Numbered from the stretch's first letter, positions 20,649 through 30,367 are shown. The stretch: 64,000 bases of DNA from a virus (IMGVR_UViG_2663763407_000006:1-64000), one strand, 5' to 3'. Notes: a model not told the origin generated them from the letters alone. Numbers and translations: made by a program.

Positions 20649-21409
20649 AATCAATGATTTTTACTGCTGGTCAAGTTGACGGCCTGCGCGAACATTTCGA
20701 AAACTCGGCCTTTGACTATCAAAAGACGTGGTATCGGGTGGGGCAGACCGGCGTAGCCCGCAATCTCACCAAATCGCGGCAGATTGGGGCCGACTGGCTG
20801 GTCGCTTTTGAAGCGTTACTGGATGCCATCACCAGCGGCCGCAATCAGCATTTTTTAACCTGCACCAGACCAAGCGCCTTGAATACTCGCGCCTATATTG
20901 CCGAGTTTTGCCGGGTAGTTGGGGTAAACGTGCCCCCATTCTCGCCGAGTAACATGCTACTAGGTAATGGCGCACTTATCGCCTTTCACGGTGAATACAG
21001 TCACGCCGCCGCTCATGCCGGGAATGTGTACCTGGGTGAATATGCATGGGCTAAAAACCCACGTTCAATACTGCAAATGGCTAAGGGGATGGCAATGCAC
21101 AAAAATCATCGTTTAACACTCTATACCACGCCCTCCCGCTCACATACCGCGTTCAAGATTTGGAATGGATCACTGCGCCGCCCACGAAAAACAGTACCGG
21201 TTATTCACACCGATAACGGCGTTTACTGTGCTGATGGCGTATTTCGTCAATCGGTTACGGCTGATGATGCCATTCAGCAAGGTTGTACATTATGGGAAAA
21301 GGATTGGCGTAAATATTGGCTGGAAAAACACATGACAGCGGATGATTTCAGGTTCTTATATTTGTGCGATTGGTCACAAGCGGCAAACAATGCAGAGGAA
21401 GTGAAATGA
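20645..21409 (+). CDS. Truncated paralogue of the terminase ATPase domain
   Basis: Aligns by eye with the central gpP ATPase region (FDYQ, KSRQIG, EALLDAITSGRNQ, GNVYLGEY); ATGA overlaps with both P and Q. Confidence 0.85.
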   Translation: MKSMIFTAGQVDGLREHFENSAFDYQKTWYRVGQTGVARNLTKSRQIGADWLVAFEALLDAITSGRNQHFLTCTRPSALNTRAYIAEFCRVVGVNVPPFSPSNMLLGNGALIAFHGEYSHAAAHAGNVYLGEYAWAKNPRSILQMAKGMAMHKNHRLTLYTTPSRSHTAFKIWNGSLRRPRKTVPVIHTDNGVYCADGVFRQSVTADDAIQQGCTLWEKDWRKYWLEKHMTADDFRFLYLCDWSQAANNAEEVK

Positions 21410-22443
21410 GTAAGCGCAAAGGCCGCAAGGCATTAAGCCGCCCGGCAACCAATCACACCGCCAGCCAACAGCAGCCGGTTGAGGCGTTCACCTTTGGCGA
21501 ACCCTCCGCCGTTCTCGACAAGCGGGAAATACTGGATTACATCGAATGCACCGGCAACGGAAAATGGTATGACCCGCCGATTAGTTTTGACGGGCTGGCG
21601 CGCAGCTTCCGGGCGGCGGTGCATCACAGCTCGCCGCTGTATGTGAAGCGCAATATTCTGGCGAGTACCTTTATTCCACATTCGATGCTCAGTCAGCAAT
21701 CATTTAGCCGCTATGCACTGGATTATCTGGTGTTTGGCAATGCGTTTTTAGAGGTTCGCCGCAATCAACTTGGCGCGCCACTGCGACTCGACCCCAGCCC
21801 GGCCAAGTACACCCGCCGGGGGCTGGAAAAAAATTGCTATTGGTTTGTGCAGAACTGGAAAAATGAACACCTGTTTGAAGCTGGTAGCATTTTCCACCTG
21901 ATAGAACCCGATATCAATCAGGAACTTTATGGCCTGCCGGAATATCTCAGCGGCTTAAATTCGGCTTGGCTCAATGAAGCGGCCACACTGTTCCGCCGCA
22001 AGTATTACCAGAATGGCGCTCACGCGGGATACATCCTGTATATGACCGATGCGGCGCAAAGTAGCAGCGATATTGAGGCGATGCGTAAAGCGATGCGCGA
22101 CACCAAAGGGTTAGGCAATTTTCGCAACCTGTTTATGTACGCGCCCAACGGTAAAAAAGACGGCATCCAGATTTTACCGTTGAGCGAAGTCGCCACCAAA
22201 GATGACTTTTTTAATATCAAGAACGCCACCCGCGACGACCTGCTCAGTGTGCACCGGGTGCCACCGCAGATGATGGGGATTATTCCCAACAATACTGGCG
22301 GTTTCGGTGACGTGGCGAAAGCCTCACAAGTCTTTGTCCGCAATGAGTTAACGCCGTTGCAAGAACGATTGAAAGAGGTGAATGACTGGATAGGGCAAGA
22401 GGTGATCCGGTTCAAGCCTTATGAACTGATAAGCGAGGATTGA
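21406..22443 (+). CDS. Q: Portal protein gpQ
   Basis: AFTFGEP, HHSSPLYVKRN, INQELYGLPEY, HRVPPQMMG; start reassigned to MSKRK. Confidence 0.96.
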   Translation: MSKRKGRKALSRPATNHTASQQQPVEAFTFGEPSAVLDKREILDYIECTGNGKWYDPPISFDGLARSFRAAVHHSSPLYVKRNILASTFIPHSMLSQQSFSRYALDYLVFGNAFLEVRRNQLGAPLRLDPSPAKYTRRGLEKNCYWFVQNWKNEHLFEAGSIFHLIEPDINQELYGLPEYLSGLNSAWLNEAATLFRRKYYQNGAHAGYILYMTDAAQSSSDIEAMRKAMRDTKGLGNFRNLFMYAPNGKKDGIQILPLSEVATKDDFFNIKNATRDDLLSVHRVPPQMMGIIPNNTGGFGDVAKASQVFVRNELTPLQERLKEVNDWIGQEVIRFKPYELISED

Positions 22444-22444
22444 T

Positions 22445-22834
22445 ATGGGACGTAAAGCGCCAACACCACCGCCATATAACCCCGGCGATATTGTGAAGAG
22501 GCCCGCGCCACCGCCTCAGCCACCGCAAAAATGCGAAACGAAACGAGTAATAATTATGGAAACTCAAACTAACCAGAAAATCACAGCGCAACTGGCTGTT
22601 GATATTCTTAATCAAGCGTTGTCACTTGACCCGGATTGTATTACTGCGCTGGTATCGCATCGAATAGAGTGTAACGCGACGTTAGCCCATGACTCTGAGG
22701 TGATGTGTGGTATGTCTAAAGACAAATACATGACTGGCGCGCTTGGCGTTATCAACTCACTGGTTACAGACGGCTTTGTCGCTGCACTGTATACAGATGA
22801 AAAAAAGCTGGCAGCGTTTCAAGTTTGCAAATAG
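22445..22834 (+). CDS. Hypothetical protein with Pro-rich N-terminus
   Basis: ORF starts right after the Q stop with GAGG SD; followed by a terminator. Confidence 0.6.
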   Translation: MGRKAPTPPPYNPGDIVKRPAPPPQPPQKCETKRVIIMETQTNQKITAQLAVDILNQALSLDPDCITALVSHRIECNATLAHDSEVMCGMSKDKYMTGALGVINSLVTDGFVAALYTDEKKLAAFQVCK

Positions 22835-22858
22835 TTAATTGATATTTTTGAATATCAT

Positions 22859-22882
22859 AGCCGCCGAGCCGGGCGGCTTTTT
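22859..22882 (+). terminator. Intrinsic terminator
   Basis: agccgcc-gagccg-ggcggct-tttt. Confidence 0.75.
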
Positions 22883-23045
22883 CATGCCCGAAAAGTAGCG
22901 ATTCCAACACCTCGCGCCATACGCCACCAGACGCCCGTCACGCCATCACACCCCATGAACACGCATTGATTCCCAACTCAACCGAACGCAGCACCACGGC
23001 CCGCCCAAGATCGATAAATAAGGGTATCAAAACCCTTTGCGCGCA

Positions 23046-23064
23046 ATGCTATCCCCGCCACGCC
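23046..23064 (-). other. cos (19-nt cohesive end)
   Basis: Minus strand GGCGTGGCGGGGATAGCAT, near-identical to the P2/186 cohesive end, downstream of Q. Confidence 0.88.
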
Positions 23065-23240
23065 TGCGCGCTTTGCAGGTCGCTTTTCATGCACTTGCAT
23101 GATCCATTGAGATCCGCGCCGGAACTGGCGCTAACAGGGGAAATAGGGGAGGGGATCAACATGCGGAATCATGCACTATATGCATGCATGACCCAAATCA
23201 CGATGGGAGGCCACACATGCATTATTTTATGGGGGATTTA

Positions 23241-23435
23241 TCAGTGCGATTTTTTACCGTCGGCGTTATAGAAAATCTCATCATAATTTTGGCTCGTGAC
23301 TATCTGGCTGGTCAGGTCTGATATCAACGACATGGCGACAAGAAACTCGCTATTACTACACTGTGCAACTTGCGAAACTTCAGCAATAAACTGAATTCTT
23401 GATAGTGTTAATTCTATTTTATCAACGGGTTTCAA
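23241..23435 (-). CDS. tum: Tum-like SOS antirepressor (short form)
   Basis: RIQFIAEVS...C...VAMSLISDL resembles the 186 Tum N-terminal domain; AGGAG SD; LexA box upstream; 186 position. Confidence 0.7.
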   Translation of the reverse strand: MKPVDKIELTLSRIQFIAEVSQVAQCSNSEFLVAMSLISDLTSQIVTSQNYDEIFYNADGKKSH

Positions 23436-23453
23436 TGCAGGCTCCTTATTATA

Positions 23454-23469
23454 CTGTATTTATATACAG
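23454..23469. promoter_or_regulatory. LexA (SOS) box
   Basis: CTGTATTTATATACAG matches CTGT-N8-ACAG. Confidence 0.9.
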
Positions 23470-23572
23470 TATCGAGTAAAACAATATTCAGGTCAATACT
23501 GTATATGGCTGTTTAGTTAAATCAGATGCTTGTGACGCGCTATATGTTGTAAAAGTAATCCGCCGTGACGCG

Positions 23573-23959
23573 TCACAATGGTTTAACTGCACTAATTAAT
23601 AAGCTGTTGATACCTTTGGTTTGCCAACACGCCGCTTCACCCCGTAAACAACACCCATTTGGATCGCCCGGCAAGGTATCGCCACATTTGCCACAGCGTT
23701 GTTTACCCAGCTCGGCTTGTTGCTCTTTTAGTCGCTGGTTATCTTGTCGAATCAGCAGCGCGATATATTCCGGTAAATCGTAAGCTGGCCGGAACAGACG
23801 CCGGGCGGTCATGCCCTCGATTAGCATGGCGAACTCTTCTGGCTCCAGTCGGGCGCGAATTTCATTGATACCGGCGGATTTATCACGCTGGCGCTGTGCC
23901 TGTTTACGGGTAGTGGCGTCGGTTTTAGTCATGGTTTTCCTCTCAGGTAGATTAATCAT
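23573..23959 (-). CDS. Hypothetical protein with C-terminal Cys cluster
   Basis: Overlaps the A stop; CGKC...CC...C. Confidence 0.7.
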   Translation of the reverse strand: MINLPERKTMTKTDATTRKQAQRQRDKSAGINEIRARLEPEEFAMLIEGMTARRLFRPAYDLPEYIALLIRQDNQRLKEQQAELGKQRCGKCGDTLPGDPNGCCLRGEAACWQTKGINSLLISAVKPL

Positions 23960-26237
23960 CGAATTCCGGCCAGTCGAACAAGGCCGGATATTGAATAACT
24001 GTGTCGTTAAACGTCATTGAAGCCCCACGCGCTAACGATTCCAGCTCCCAACGTTGGGCGCTGATATCTTTCAACAGTAAATCGTTGCGGATTTGGGGGA
24101 TGCGCTGGCGTTCTTCGCGGGTTAAACGGGCGGATGGCGCAATAAGTCGGCCCTTGGTGGGGTCATAACTGCGTTGCATCTTGCTTATCGTTGGCTGTTT
24201 CTCTTTAACGCGGGCCACAATCGCCCTCACGGCGGCAGTGTCCGACCAGTCAATAACGGCGTCCGGTGGGTATTCCATCGCCGCCACAGGCGTTTTATCC
24301 TGCCCGTTGGGGTCATTTGGCGCTTGGGTGTTTCCACCTAACCCACAGTTATTGACAGAACTCCGAGGCGCGCCAGAGGCGCTTTTCAAAGTCAAAAGCT
24401 CAACGTCAACGGCACCAGCAACGATGCGCCATTGGGTTGTGCGGGTTTCATGAATATGGTCAGCGCCCAAGTGAGGCGCATAGATACCGACGACTTTCTG
24501 CACTTCTTCATCGTAGGCGTTGAGTTCATCGGCGACGCGCTTGGCTAACCGGACGGTCTGATTGCCGCAATTGGTGCCACCTTGCGCCATGATGTAGGCA
24601 GCAAAATCACCCTCATCAGCCGCATGGCGCACAGCTTCCACGGTTTCGTCGAAAGTCTCGGCCAGACTAATAGAACGGATACGGCGACACTCGCGATAGA
24701 CTCCCATGGAGGGAAGCCCAATCGGGCGAAACTGAGGGATGCGCCACGTTGCCGCCCACGCCGTCACCGCCGCAGCGGAATCGGTTAGCAGCTCACCGGT
24801 TTCATGGTCACGTTCACCCTCAAGTGCATAGCCGTCGATATTCTTGGCAATGTATTTAGCGATGTAGCCAGCGGCTCCGCCTTTGTTCATGTGCTTACAC
24901 TCAAAGCGATATTTAGCGGCACCGCGCTCGTCACCATCTTCTTTCAACGCATAGCGGCGCATGATGTCGATTACCTGCTGGCGCTGGCGGCGTTGGCAAA
25001 ACAGCATCATGTGCCAGTGCGGCGTACCGTCATGGTGTGGCTCAACTACGCGCATTCCGTAGACACTTAATTCGTTGTCTTTAAAGGCGGTGCGCATCTT
25101 GCTCCAAATCTTGCAGAGATAGCGCTGGCCGTCTTTGGGTGAATAGGCTTCATCATTCCACTTATGATTAAGCTGTACTTTCTCGTTGTCACCTTTCCCA
25201 ACAACGCGAGTCGGGTGATATTTGGACGGGGTGGTGATGGTCAGGAACATACCGACGTGCTTTTGCCCGGCAGCATATTTTTCCGTGAAAGCGATGGTGT
25301 TCATTAGCTCCATGCGGCGAATTTCTGGATTAGAAATACTCGCCATCACCTTATCAATCAGGTCGATGCGCTCACCGGTTTCAATATTTTCTAACTGGCA
25401 GCTTTTGAGATATTCCAAATTAGACTGGCGACGGGCGAACACTTCGCGGATAGCCTGCTTACTGGCATAAGAAGATGCTGAAATATCCCGGCTAACATTA
25501 CCGACAGCAATCAATAACGCTTCCCGCCAGCGGGTTCGCTGTGCTTTGAGTTTGCGCTCCCACCATTCAGGATTAACCAGACGTGATAGGCTGGCGATAG
25601 CAGAGGTGATATCTAACCGGCCTTTCAGGTATTTGCGCCAGTGCATCGGCGTGATATTAAAAGCGCGCGCCATTCTGGCAAGACCACCGAATATGCGTAC
25701 CTGTGTATCAGCCTGCAATAAAACGGCCCTGTCACCCTGATTAGCCTTAATGCATTCATCACAATGATGGTTGTACGCCACCATTAGCTCATCACCGATT
25801 TTGCGGGCAAAGCGGCGCAGCTCTTTATCATGCATACCCGCTAAGCTGGCATAGGTTGGGGCATCAGTGGAAAAGCTCATTGATGCACTGAGGCGCATAA
25901 CATTTTTGCTATTGACCACCTGAATACGCGGCCAGATACGCTGGTCAAAGACAAACACCAGCCATTTATTAGCATCGTTTAGCCCTTTATTGGCTAACAG
26001 GTATTGATAGCGAGAAATGAACTGGCTACGCAGGAAATGCGGCAGATTATGGATATTGGCTAAAACGGCTTGCCCCTGAATCAGTTGTTCACGGGTAAGC
26101 GGTCTTTGAATGCCGGGCAAGGTTTGGCGCGGTTTGCTGCCGGGATAGGCATAAGTAGGAACAGCAGCGCCGCTGCCCGGATAAGGCAACGGCGGAGTTG
26201 GGGTTATTCGTCCGCGTAGGTTATCAATGCTGGTCAT
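23952..26237 (-). CDS. A: Rolling-circle replication endonuclease gpA
   Basis: TITTPSKYH, VVEPHHDGTPHWH (HUH), YIAKYIAKNIDG. Confidence 0.96.
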   Translation of the reverse strand: MTSIDNLRGRITPTPPLPYPGSGAAVPTYAYPGSKPRQTLPGIQRPLTREQLIQGQAVLANIHNLPHFLRSQFISRYQYLLANKGLNDANKWLVFVFDQRIWPRIQVVNSKNVMRLSASMSFSTDAPTYASLAGMHDKELRRFARKIGDELMVAYNHHCDECIKANQGDRAVLLQADTQVRIFGGLARMARAFNITPMHWRKYLKGRLDITSAIASLSRLVNPEWWERKLKAQRTRWREALLIAVGNVSRDISASSYASKQAIREVFARRQSNLEYLKSCQLENIETGERIDLIDKVMASISNPEIRRMELMNTIAFTEKYAAGQKHVGMFLTITTPSKYHPTRVVGKGDNEKVQLNHKWNDEAYSPKDGQRYLCKIWSKMRTAFKDNELSVYGMRVVEPHHDGTPHWHMMLFCQRRQRQQVIDIMRRYALKEDGDERGAAKYRFECKHMNKGGAAGYIAKYIAKNIDGYALEGERDHETGELLTDSAAAVTAWAATWRIPQFRPIGLPSMGVYRECRRIRSISLAETFDETVEAVRHAADEGDFAAYIMAQGGTNCGNQTVRLAKRVADELNAYDEEVQKVVGIYAPHLGADHIHETRTTQWRIVAGAVDVELLTLKSASGAPRSSVNNCGLGGNTQAPNDPNGQDKTPVAAMEYPPDAVIDWSDTAAVRAIVARVKEKQPTISKMQRSYDPTKGRLIAPSARLTREERQRIPQIRNDLLLKDISAQRWELESLARGASMTFNDTVIQYPALFDWPEFDD
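24343..24371 (-). other. Replication origin (A nick site) inside gene A
   Basis: GCGCCTCGGAGTTCTGTCAATAACTGTGG matches the P2/186 ori. Confidence 0.85.
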
Positions 26238-26496
26238 AAGACTGCGTTAATATGTGCTCAGCGATTTGGTTAAGCAGCTCCGCCGCCTCTACGCCGTTCA
26301 ATTCTCGGTTTAGAATTTGATTAGCTATCTCATCCAGCCGAAATGAAACCAGTGCGGCCTGATTCTTTCTTTCATCCTTGCGAGCTTCATTTAGCATTAG
26401 CTCAATTGATTCAACTGATATCATTGTGATTGAACGGTCACTACCCGGCTTGGCGGGGTCTACGCCTACCCATATATTTTGAGCTGTATTCTGCAT
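26224..26496 (-). CDS. P2-family early protein (DUF2732-like)
   Basis: LNEARKDERKN...RLDEIA...EAAELL; position before A. Confidence 0.75.
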   Translation of the reverse strand: MQNTAQNIWVGVDPAKPGSDRSITMISVESIELMLNEARKDERKNQAALVSFRLDEIANQILNRELNGVEAAELLNQIAEHILTQSYDQH

Positions 26497-26561
26497 AGAT
26501 AATTCCTGCTTTTAGGCAATACGAAACCCGGCGAGTGAAACGCCATATATTGCGACCTTGG

Positions 26562-26873
26562 TTAATTAATAATATTCAGTGTGCAGTCATCATTACTGAC
26601 AAACGACGGCAGCGAACGAGTAAACTCAATTAAGTAGTTCAGCGTTTCAACAACAGATTCTCTTTCTGCAGGACTTAATTCTGAAAACTGCATATTCACA
26701 TGGCGACTTTTTAACCCGGCATGAAAACAAATTGTTTTACGCAAATGTGTCGGTGACTTATCAAAAGCCTCCTGAGTAACATTCTTTCTATTACGGAAAT
26801 GCGTTTCTTTTAATTCAGCAATACGAGCAATACCCGTCATTCTTAATTTTTCAGCTTCCGTTAATTGCAGCAT
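26562..26873 (-). CDS. P2 gpB-like replication accessory protein (short form)
   Basis: TICFHAGLKSRHVNMQFSELSPAERE resembles the gpB CFHAQLKQRH segment. Confidence 0.65.
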   Translation of the reverse strand: MLQLTEAEKLRMTGIARIAELKETHFRNRKNVTQEAFDKSPTHLRKTICFHAGLKSRHVNMQFSELSPAERESVVETLNYLIEFTRSLPSFVSNDDCTLNIIN

Positions 26874-26884
26874 ATAACCCCCAA

Positions 26885-27070
26885 TTAACGCCCGAACAGA
26901 CGGCGTAATATTGGCGTCTTCTTTTCAGAGGACAATTCTTGTAAAAGCGCCTTTTGATTACTTCCCGGCTTCCAGCGCTGGCCGTTCTTCAACTCCAGCA
27001 CACCGTGACCAAAATGGCGTAGGTTTACCGGGCTTTGCTGTTTTAACAATGGGGCAATAGAAATAATCAT
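26885..27070 (-). CDS. fil: Fil-like (186 CP77) protein
   Basis: SIAPLLKQQSP...HFGHG...GQRWKP. Confidence 0.75.
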   Translation of the reverse strand: MIISIAPLLKQQSPVNLRHFGHGVLELKNGQRWKPGSNQKALLQELSSEKKTPILRRLFGR

Positions 27071-27079
27071 AAAGACACC

Positions 27080-27589
27080 TCAACTCAAACCAGCGACAGC
27101 ACTCAAGCCGCTAATAACATCAACAGTTGAAGCAAGCGCAGGGGTTGATTGAATGCGCGCCTGCACTGTCAGGCCAATTAGTGACAGGTGGCGAATCGCA
27201 GTATTGACGCTATCCAGCAGAGCAGATTTGCTGAATGCTGTTTTGTGATTGCCTTGTACCGCAGCGGCAGCAATAGAACCCACGGCGGCAGTAGCATGTA
27301 GCGCATAAGTCGGGATATTGCCGGGGCAGGCTTCATTGACTGGCACAGATGGCATGCAATTGATTTGTGACAGCAGGCCGTCTAATAACGTTGGGTCTTC
27401 GGTCAGGTCGGTGATGCGTAACAGCTCGTCTACGGTCAAACGGTGCGGCTGGTCAGGATTCAATTTGTTACGCAGAACTTGCGCCGCTATTCCTGCGTTT
27501 GCTGCCAGCTCGACTAAGTTGTGTTTTAACGCAAACTGGCGGCAGGCGTTATCAAAGTGCGGATGTTTGGACACTGAAAAATCAAACAT
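27080..27589 (-). CDS. cII: 186-type CII activator
   Basis: MFDFSVSKHPHFDNACRQFA...LRNKLNPDQPHRLT. Confidence 0.92.
   Translation of the reverse strand: MFDFSVSKHPHFDNACRQFALKHNLVELAANAGIAAQVLRNKLNPDQPHRLTVDELLRITDLTEDPTLLDGLLSQINCMPSVPVNEACPGNIPTYALHATAAVGSIAAAAVQGNHKTAFSKSALLDSVNTAIRHLSLIGLTVQARIQSTPALASTVDVISGLSAVAGLS
27563..27589 (+). promoter_or_regulatory. CII-binding inverted repeat of pE
   Basis: ATGTTTG-N13-CAAACAT, half-site centres 20 bp apart as in 186; GACAAT -10 at about 27612. Confidence 0.75.
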
Positions 27590-27643
27590 GGCTTACTTCC
27601 TCACATATGCCGACAATTAGTTGGCAAATTTGAATATCGAACA

Positions 27644-27841
27644 TTACTGGTTTGCCGCTTCTTTAGTGAGAGCGATCATATTTACGAGAACCTTTTCCAT
27701 TTTGCGAACTTTCTGGCGGATAGGTAGACGACCATCTTTCACCATGCCACGGCAGGTTTCATAAGGGATTCCACTCAATTTTGAGAACTCAGTAAGTGAC
27801 AAATAGGGCGACGTAACTGTTATTGCAAGGTTCTGATTCAT
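27644..27841 (-). CDS. apl: Apl/Cox-like repressor and excisionase
   Basis: PYLSLTEFSKLSGIP...GRLPIR...VLVNM; divergent from cI. Confidence 0.85.
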   Translation of the reverse strand: MNQNLAITVTSPYLSLTEFSKLSGIPYETCRGMVKDGRLPIRQKVRKMEKVLVNMIALTKEAANQ

Positions 27842-27947
27842 AGGGCATCCTGTTTGATGGTGGTTAATATAGGTATTGGTGGGTATTTGCCATCAATTCA
27901 CGAATTAAACTATGCATATGCGAGTATGTAAAGGGGTTTTTACGAGC

Positions 27948-28523
27948 GTGGATGATAAAAAACTAAGCGGCGGGATTGCAGCAGTAGAAAGAATGATGCA
28001 AGCCTATGGTTTTAAAGTACAAAGAGAATTAGCGGCTTATCTAGGTGCAGGAACGGGAACAATCAGCACTTGGATCAAACGTGATTACTTTCCGGGCAAA
28101 GAGATTGTGCTCTGTGCTTTAGAAACAGGTGTTTCATTACATTGGCTTGCAACTGGTGAGGGTGAACCTCAGGAACCGGTTAAACCTGCCGCACATGAAA
28201 CCGCACAATCTATTGCTCATAAAAGCCTTGAAGATGGCTTGCTGATAGATGCATCCCCCATATTGCTAGATTCAGAGTTACTGCCCGTTCAGATTATTGA
28301 ACCTGAATTAATTTCGTTCCCTAATGAAAAACGTTATTTTCTGGTCGAACGTCAATTTAGAAATGTTGCTGACGGTCTTTGGTTGATTGAAAAAGCAGGT
28401 GTAACCTCGATTAGCAATATTGCTCGTTTACCGGGTGATGTATGGCGTATCAATGATGTCAATTGGCCGGTTAGTGAAGTCAATATTCTTGCAAAGGTAG
28501 TCGGTGAAATTAAAGGGTATTAG
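27948..28523 (+). CDS. cI: 186-type immunity repressor CI (start uncertain)
   Basis: AYGF...TISTWIKRDYFP...CALETGVSLHWLATGEG. Confidence 0.88.
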   Translation: MDDKKLSGGIAAVERMMQAYGFKVQRELAAYLGAGTGTISTWIKRDYFPGKEIVLCALETGVSLHWLATGEGEPQEPVKPAAHETAQSIAHKSLEDGLLIDASPILLDSELLPVQIIEPELISFPNEKRYFLVERQFRNVADGLWLIEKAGVTSISNIARLPGDVWRINDVNWPVSEVNILAKVVGEIKGY

Positions 28524-28586
28524 TGGGAATGAAGTTGAAGAATAATATTGTTATTTTATGCGATAAACTAAAATAGGTAATTAACT

Positions 28587-29639
28587 GTGGATATAATAAA
28601 AATTCAAGATCAAATAGATAAAAATAGAAAGACAGTCTCATTTGATAGCTATGATATAACTATCAAACAAGTTTATGATATGTTAGCCGAAGGTATTATA
28701 GATATATCACCAGAATATCAAAGGCATTTTATTTGGGATGAAACGAGACAATCACAACTTATTGAGTCAATTTTTCTCGGCATACCTGTTCCAAGCTTAT
28801 ACATGGCAACAAACAGGGATTCATCTTGGGACGTTGTTGATGGGGTTCAACGCCTATCGACTATTATCAACTTCATTGGAAGCGAAGATGAACCTGCTTT
28901 AGAGGGACATTATAATCAATTGACATTAGAAGGATTGGAAAAGTTAGATTCAATGAATGGACTTACTTTTGATGAAATGCCAAAGCAACTGCAGATTATG
29001 TTTCTAACTAGGTCTATAAAACTGACAGTATTAAATGATCGTAGTGATTTTTCTGTCAGATATGATCTCTTTGAAAGGTTAAATACTGGAGGGGTTATAC
29101 TACACCCGCAAGAAATCAGAAACTGTGTATATACGGGGGAATTTAATGATTTCATAAAGAAATGTGCAGAAAATGTTAACTTTAAGGCGGTAGTTAAGTT
29201 GACTGACAATGCTAAAAAGACAGGGAATCTCGAAGAGTTAGTTCTTAAGTTTTTTGCATATTATGAAAACTCGATTGGATTCACTCATAGTGTTAAAGGT
29301 TTTTTAAATGACTATATGGAGAATAAAACCACATCGTTTAAAAATAAAAAAAATCTTGAAAGTATCTTTACTGAAACCTTTGAGTTTTTGAATAATAGTC
29401 TCCCTAATGGAATCGTTCGAGGTAATAGAGTAAACATCACGCCAATAGTTCTTTATGAGGCTATTTCTGTCGGGACTGCAATGGCATTAAAAGTTAAGAA
29501 TAAAAATGATTTGAGTAAAGACAGATTGATTAAATTACTTAATAGTCCTGAATTGAAAAAACATACAACGGGAGCAACTAACTCTCGTAAGGCACTTACA
29601 ACTAGAAATGAAATAGTTAAGGGTGAGCTAATAAAATGA
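28587..29639 (+). CDS. DUF262 (GmrS/ParB-Srx-like) protein
   Basis: PEYQRHFIW, LIESIFLGIPVP, VVDGVQRL, LFERLNTGG; AT-rich. Confidence 0.9.
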   Translation: MDIIKIQDQIDKNRKTVSFDSYDITIKQVYDMLAEGIIDISPEYQRHFIWDETRQSQLIESIFLGIPVPSLYMATNRDSSWDVVDGVQRLSTIINFIGSEDEPALEGHYNQLTLEGLEKLDSMNGLTFDEMPKQLQIMFLTRSIKLTVLNDRSDFSVRYDLFERLNTGGVILHPQEIRNCVYTGEFNDFIKKCAENVNFKAVVKLTDNAKKTGNLEELVLKFFAYYENSIGFTHSVKGFLNDYMENKTTSFKNKKNLESIFTETFEFLNNSLPNGIVRGNRVNITPIVLYEAISVGTAMALKVKNKNDLSKDRLIKLLNSPELKKHTTGATNSRKALTTRNEIVKGELIK

Positions 29640-30340
29640 TTTTTACACCGCTGAGAGATTCTGCTCGAGTTAGATTTAATGACGTTATGATTTATATCAA
29701 CTATGTTGAATCTCTTGAGCCTACTGTAAATGGAGCCCATAATAATATAATACAAGAAACTCCCCCACAAGTAAAAATGTTTAGAGGGCTTTTTTACGTG
29801 CATATTTATTCTTATGTTGAAAAAACAGTGAATGACTTACTTATCAGAACAATTGCATCTATAAAAGAAAAAAACATATGTAATAAGCATTTTATTACTC
29901 AATTTAACTCCATATCACTCCACTCAAAAATGCAGTCATTTAAACAATCAAAAAACACGCTTTACTTAAGCAAAGCGTGCGATGTCTTTAGTGGAGTTGA
30001 GGGGGAGTCAGTATGTACAGTAGCAGAAACTGTATTTTCTGAGTTTTTACAAAATATATGGTATAAAACTATTGCTGAAGTTTTAGCTGCATTCGGTATT
30101 ACAAATTTCACAAGAACACCAATAGAAATAGCGACGATTGATGAAGTGGTTAATAAAAGAAATGCAGTTGCACATGGTAGGCTTTCAGCTGTAGAAGTAG
30201 GAGAAGCACACAACTGTTCTGTCCTCAGGGATAAAATGAATATTATCGATAATCTGGTAAACGAACTAATTGACACATTTGAGTTGTATGTAATAAACCT
30301 ACAATGTGTAAAAACTGAGTTTAGGGTTTTATATATATAA
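29636..30340 (+). CDS. HEPN-family ribonuclease
   Basis: RNAVAH (RxxxxH) near the C-terminus; ATGA overlap with the DUF262 gene. Confidence 0.8.
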   Translation: MIFTPLRDSARVRFNDVMIYINYVESLEPTVNGAHNNIIQETPPQVKMFRGLFYVHIYSYVEKTVNDLLIRTIASIKEKNICNKHFITQFNSISLHSKMQSFKQSKNTLYLSKACDVFSGVEGESVCTVAETVFSEFLQNIWYKTIAEVLAAFGITNFTRTPIEIATIDEVVNKRNAVAHGRLSAVEVGEAHNCSVLRDKMNIIDNLVNELIDTFELYVINLQCVKTEFRVLYI

Positions 30341-30367
30341 TATAAATCATTTTGTAAGGCATTTTAA

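Noticed and set aside
22966-23271. 101-aa ORF across cos
   Set aside because: Overlaps cos and its ATGCA-rich flanking repeats, with no motif or clear SD
23499-23514. Second LexA box upstream of tum
   Set aside because: Only the left half-site is present
26562-26873. 186 dhr assigned by position
   Set aside because: The sequence resembles P2 gpB instead
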